Source: Microthyrium microscopicum
Lineage: Eukaryota
Assembly: GCA_010405405.1 (NCBI GenBank)
Contig: MU004230.1
Span: forward strand, 778,627-842,626
DNA length: 64,000 nucleotides
Direction of reading: 5' to 3'
The stretch's first letter is position 1. Every line of letters begins with the position of its first letter. Below are positions 60,997 through 64,000 of the stretch, piece after piece. Both the position numbers and the translations under genes were made by a program. A model generated the notes under the pieces. The model was not told the DNA's origin and made no database searches. It was given only the letters and a program-made list of their open reading frames with translations.

Positions 60997-63336
60997 ATTC
61001 TCGCTCGCAGGCTTATGATCTAGAGTCTATCAAAGCTCTATCCTGCACGTCTGGCGTCTTGCAAACAACCCTGACGATCTCATAAATATTTAATATTGCG
61101 GTACTGAGCCATTAATACACCATTGCAGTTCTCGAAAAAGATCTCGAGGACGCACTCATCTCATCTCCAGCGTTTTTCCTGCTTCCAATCAACGAGCGGC
61201 TGAACCGTGACTATTACCTCCATTGCATTGTGCCTGGCGTTTCAAGGCTTGGAAAAGCGATCGAAGACGCATCGAGGGAATGACTGCTGGTAACTGCAAC
61301 AGGCCCACGGAAAACACTTTGACAGTATGTCTTGCGATTTTTGGTGTGCCTGTTTCATGGGAATGCGGCATATAACAGCCAGATTAGAGCAATTGGAATC
61401 CATTTCAAGATTTTGACACTGGCACCTATATGATTGCAGTGTCACTCCTCATGTTCGATTAACGCACTGGAGTTTTCGATTATACCAACAGTATGTAAAA
61501 CCATCTTTGAGCTCCGCTGTCATGATACTCAAACGTACAGTCATGGCAGCATATATAAGTTACCGAAAAGTGCTAGACAAAACCCCGATCCACCTGATGC
61601 GATCCTTCATATCGCTCACAGCATAGTCCAATCCATCAACCATTGCATTTCGGGTTTCCACAATTGACCTTGTGGGAGAAAGTATGGCTTCTTCCCCACA
61701 TGTCGGTAGTGGTGACTGTCTCGGTCCAGCAGCTGCTCACGAACTTAGCAACAAAGGACGCGAATGAGAACGTGATCATATATACCTGTCAATCGGGGGG
61801 AAGACTATTCCTTCCATAATGGGAAAAATATTGAAAGCCTATGATGCGCCGTACAACTTTTCGCTTGTAAAGGGGATTTCTTTGTGATGTTAAGATGGTT
61901 GGTCGAACAGCATGGCATTGGGGGCATCGGGGGCAAAGGCATATCTTTATAGCCACGAGCCAGGTAATATAGGCACTTGTTTGGTGGAAAAGTGAAGCGA
62001 AAGATAAGGCGAGCTGGCTCAGGGATTACTCTCATGTATACCTGGTTTCTCGGCCAGAGCGCCAATATCTCTCGTATTCCTGCGGCCTGGGGATGCACAA
62101 GCGTGGTCCGCATAGGTTGTTGAGGGTCTGCGCGATATAGAAGCCATACAATAGTGTTCGTTCTACTTAGTACCTATCATAAAGAGCATAGATCGACCAG
62201 CCTCACCAAACTTACAACGGTTGACAAAGTTGACCGGTACATAACAGCCAGGGTTAGGATCATCACAAGGCATGAAGTTGGATCATGAAATACTGAAGAT
62301 GTAAACGAGATGATAGGCATAGGTGGGTATCTTTTAGGTTCTCGTGCTAGAGTCAAAAGACGCGAGCGACTCGATGGTGCCTGCCATATCACCTTTGAGC
62401 GAAAGATGGGTAAGTTTGCAGCGTTTTCAATCGTCTCTTACACTGAACGTACTTAGTAGCAAGGGATGAACTCAACGAGATACAGATGCTGCACTCGATA
62501 AGAGCACGAATCTCATTCGATGAGTATGCAGGCTTCATATATCGCCCTAGAAATGCAACTTAAGATTCCCTCACCATACTCGTCGTGTTCCAATGCTTCA
62601 ATGCGGGGAGCGAATAAATGCCAGCCGTTCGGTGTGCTCCCTGTAGGAGAACGTGGTCTTTTCTCCTGATTCACAGGAGCAGCTCACTATTTGAGTGAAC
62701 GATACTCAAGACAAATAATAACCTCCAGTTCTATGAGAGAAAATAGGCGTACATATCAAAGCTCCTCAACCAAGAACGATTCGTGCTCACAGAAGTGCGT
62801 GGCCGGCAGGTTTGATCATACGACACGATCATCATGAGAAGGTTGTTTTCATCTAGGATCAATGGGCCCTGATATGCACATAAAGACTCGGACTTTCGGC
62901 TTGATTCCCTTGTTGAGCATGATGAGAAAGTCTACTCTACTTGATAGGTCGCTTCACTTGAGAAGGTAGAGTAGGCAGGGAGACTGTACTGGAGTCGCCA
63001 TGCTCGCGGATCCTGCTTTTGGATTACCAAGCCATGCGACAGGCACTAAGTCACCAGTCCATTCATCAAGCTGATTCCGTGATATTCCATTTCCAGGGGG
63101 GCAGGGCGAAGTGTTGGTGGTAGTTAGTGTTTGGAGGTTGTTCAGTGGTTGTCAATATGAGCTAGCTTCATGAGGCTAGCCCAGTCTGGTGCCACATCGG
63201 AGCGGATTATCATCCCCCCGCCCACTCTGCTTCCACTTTGCAACCACCAGAAATTATCACCAGCTCGAAACTTTCCCTCAAGTCAACAATTCCATATCCC
63301 TCCCACCCGCCGGCCTTCGATAAACCGTTCGAAAAA

Positions 63337-64000
63337 ATGGTAAGCCTTCTCCGATGATGGCTTAGTCGACGACATCCTTCATCTTCATGCTCGGTCAATT
63401 GGTGTCTACCACCAATCTACACTACAATGCCTCAATGCGTCTGATCCATGAAAGTGGTGTGCGCGAGGTAGCTTTGAGCAATGGCTTGAGTTGTAGTCTG
63501 TCACCATGCAGACTGCACTCTTTATAGAGTTGAAGTGGAGATGAGCGTTCGACGATGCTCCTGTTCCCCCTTCTCTCAATGATAGCCGTTTTGGAATTGG
63601 TTAGTAACTTGGTGTTATTATAGGCACCAAAGGGACGAAAGCCCGCTGCGGCGCCCTTCTCATCGGGCAAGTCTTCTTCTAAGAAGGCACCCAAGGTCTG
63701 TTATGATACTCCTGTCCTATCGCATCCTTCGTTGACAATATGCAGAATCCTCTCATCGAGAAGCGTCCTCGTAACTTCGGTATCGGCCAGGACATTCAAC
63801 CAAAGCGCAACCTCTCCCGTATGGTGAGATGGCCCGCTTATGTCCGTCTTCAACGCCAGCGCAAGATTCTGCACATGTCAGTACTTTCTCGTTCCTCTTT
63901 TGTGCGCCCCTAACACGAATATGCAGGCGTCTCAAGGTTCCACCAGCACTCTCACAATTCCAACACGTCCTCGATCGCAACCAGGCTACTCAAACATTCA
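63337..64000 (+). CDS. RPL8: 60S ribosomal protein L8/L7a (eL8), 3' part outside window
   Basis: ATG-only first exon, intron 63340-63623, then [12 protein letters not shown]..., [42 protein letters not shown] and [11 protein letters not shown]. Confidence 0.95.

Noticed and set aside
63438..63470. TPP-riboswitch-like CTGATC...GCGCGAGG
   Set aside because: Lacks the CUGAGA element and the P5 loop consensus; the host gene is unrelated to thiamine.
1..64000. Genome-wide UAG reassignment as the explanation for in-frame TAGs
   Set aside because: SRP72, RIB3, the UDP-Gal transporter and the SET gene end at TAG at plausible C-termini.

Overview
This is gene-dense genomic DNA from a filamentous ascomycete (Pezizomycotina; the class cannot be fixed from sequence alone). 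Introns are mostly ~45-60 nt GT-AG with CTRAC-type branch sites. About 25 protein-coding loci are present. Conserved genes: ATG22 (partial), SRP72, set9, VMS1, CSN6, tafazzin, NOSIP-like RING, PARN/CAF1 nuclease, a laccase, RIB3, a UDP-Gal transporter, MER3, RPL15, a SET methyltransferase, a SIT4-associated protein, VPS60, MPG1 and RPL8 (partial). Two accessory-looking segments interrupt them: ~9.2-15.3 kb (20-bp minisatellite, an orphan ORF with in-frame UAGs, a Gly-repeat protein) and ~46.5-57.6 kb (HET, ABCC transporter, DUF3824-like, HET). The strongest leads are: (1) a single TAG exactly at the conserved Trp of the APSWSW motif in an otherwise intact HET gene, plus in-frame TAGs in the orphan ORF, which could reflect A-to-I stop-codon correction or RIP/nonsense decay; (2) long, base-paired introns in both ribosomal protein genes; (3) alternative C-termini for the SAPS gene; (4) a UGA-interrupted in-frame N-terminal extension of PARN. 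No rRNA, tRNA, CRISPR or recognisable transposon was seen. All product calls come from motif recognition, not database searches.
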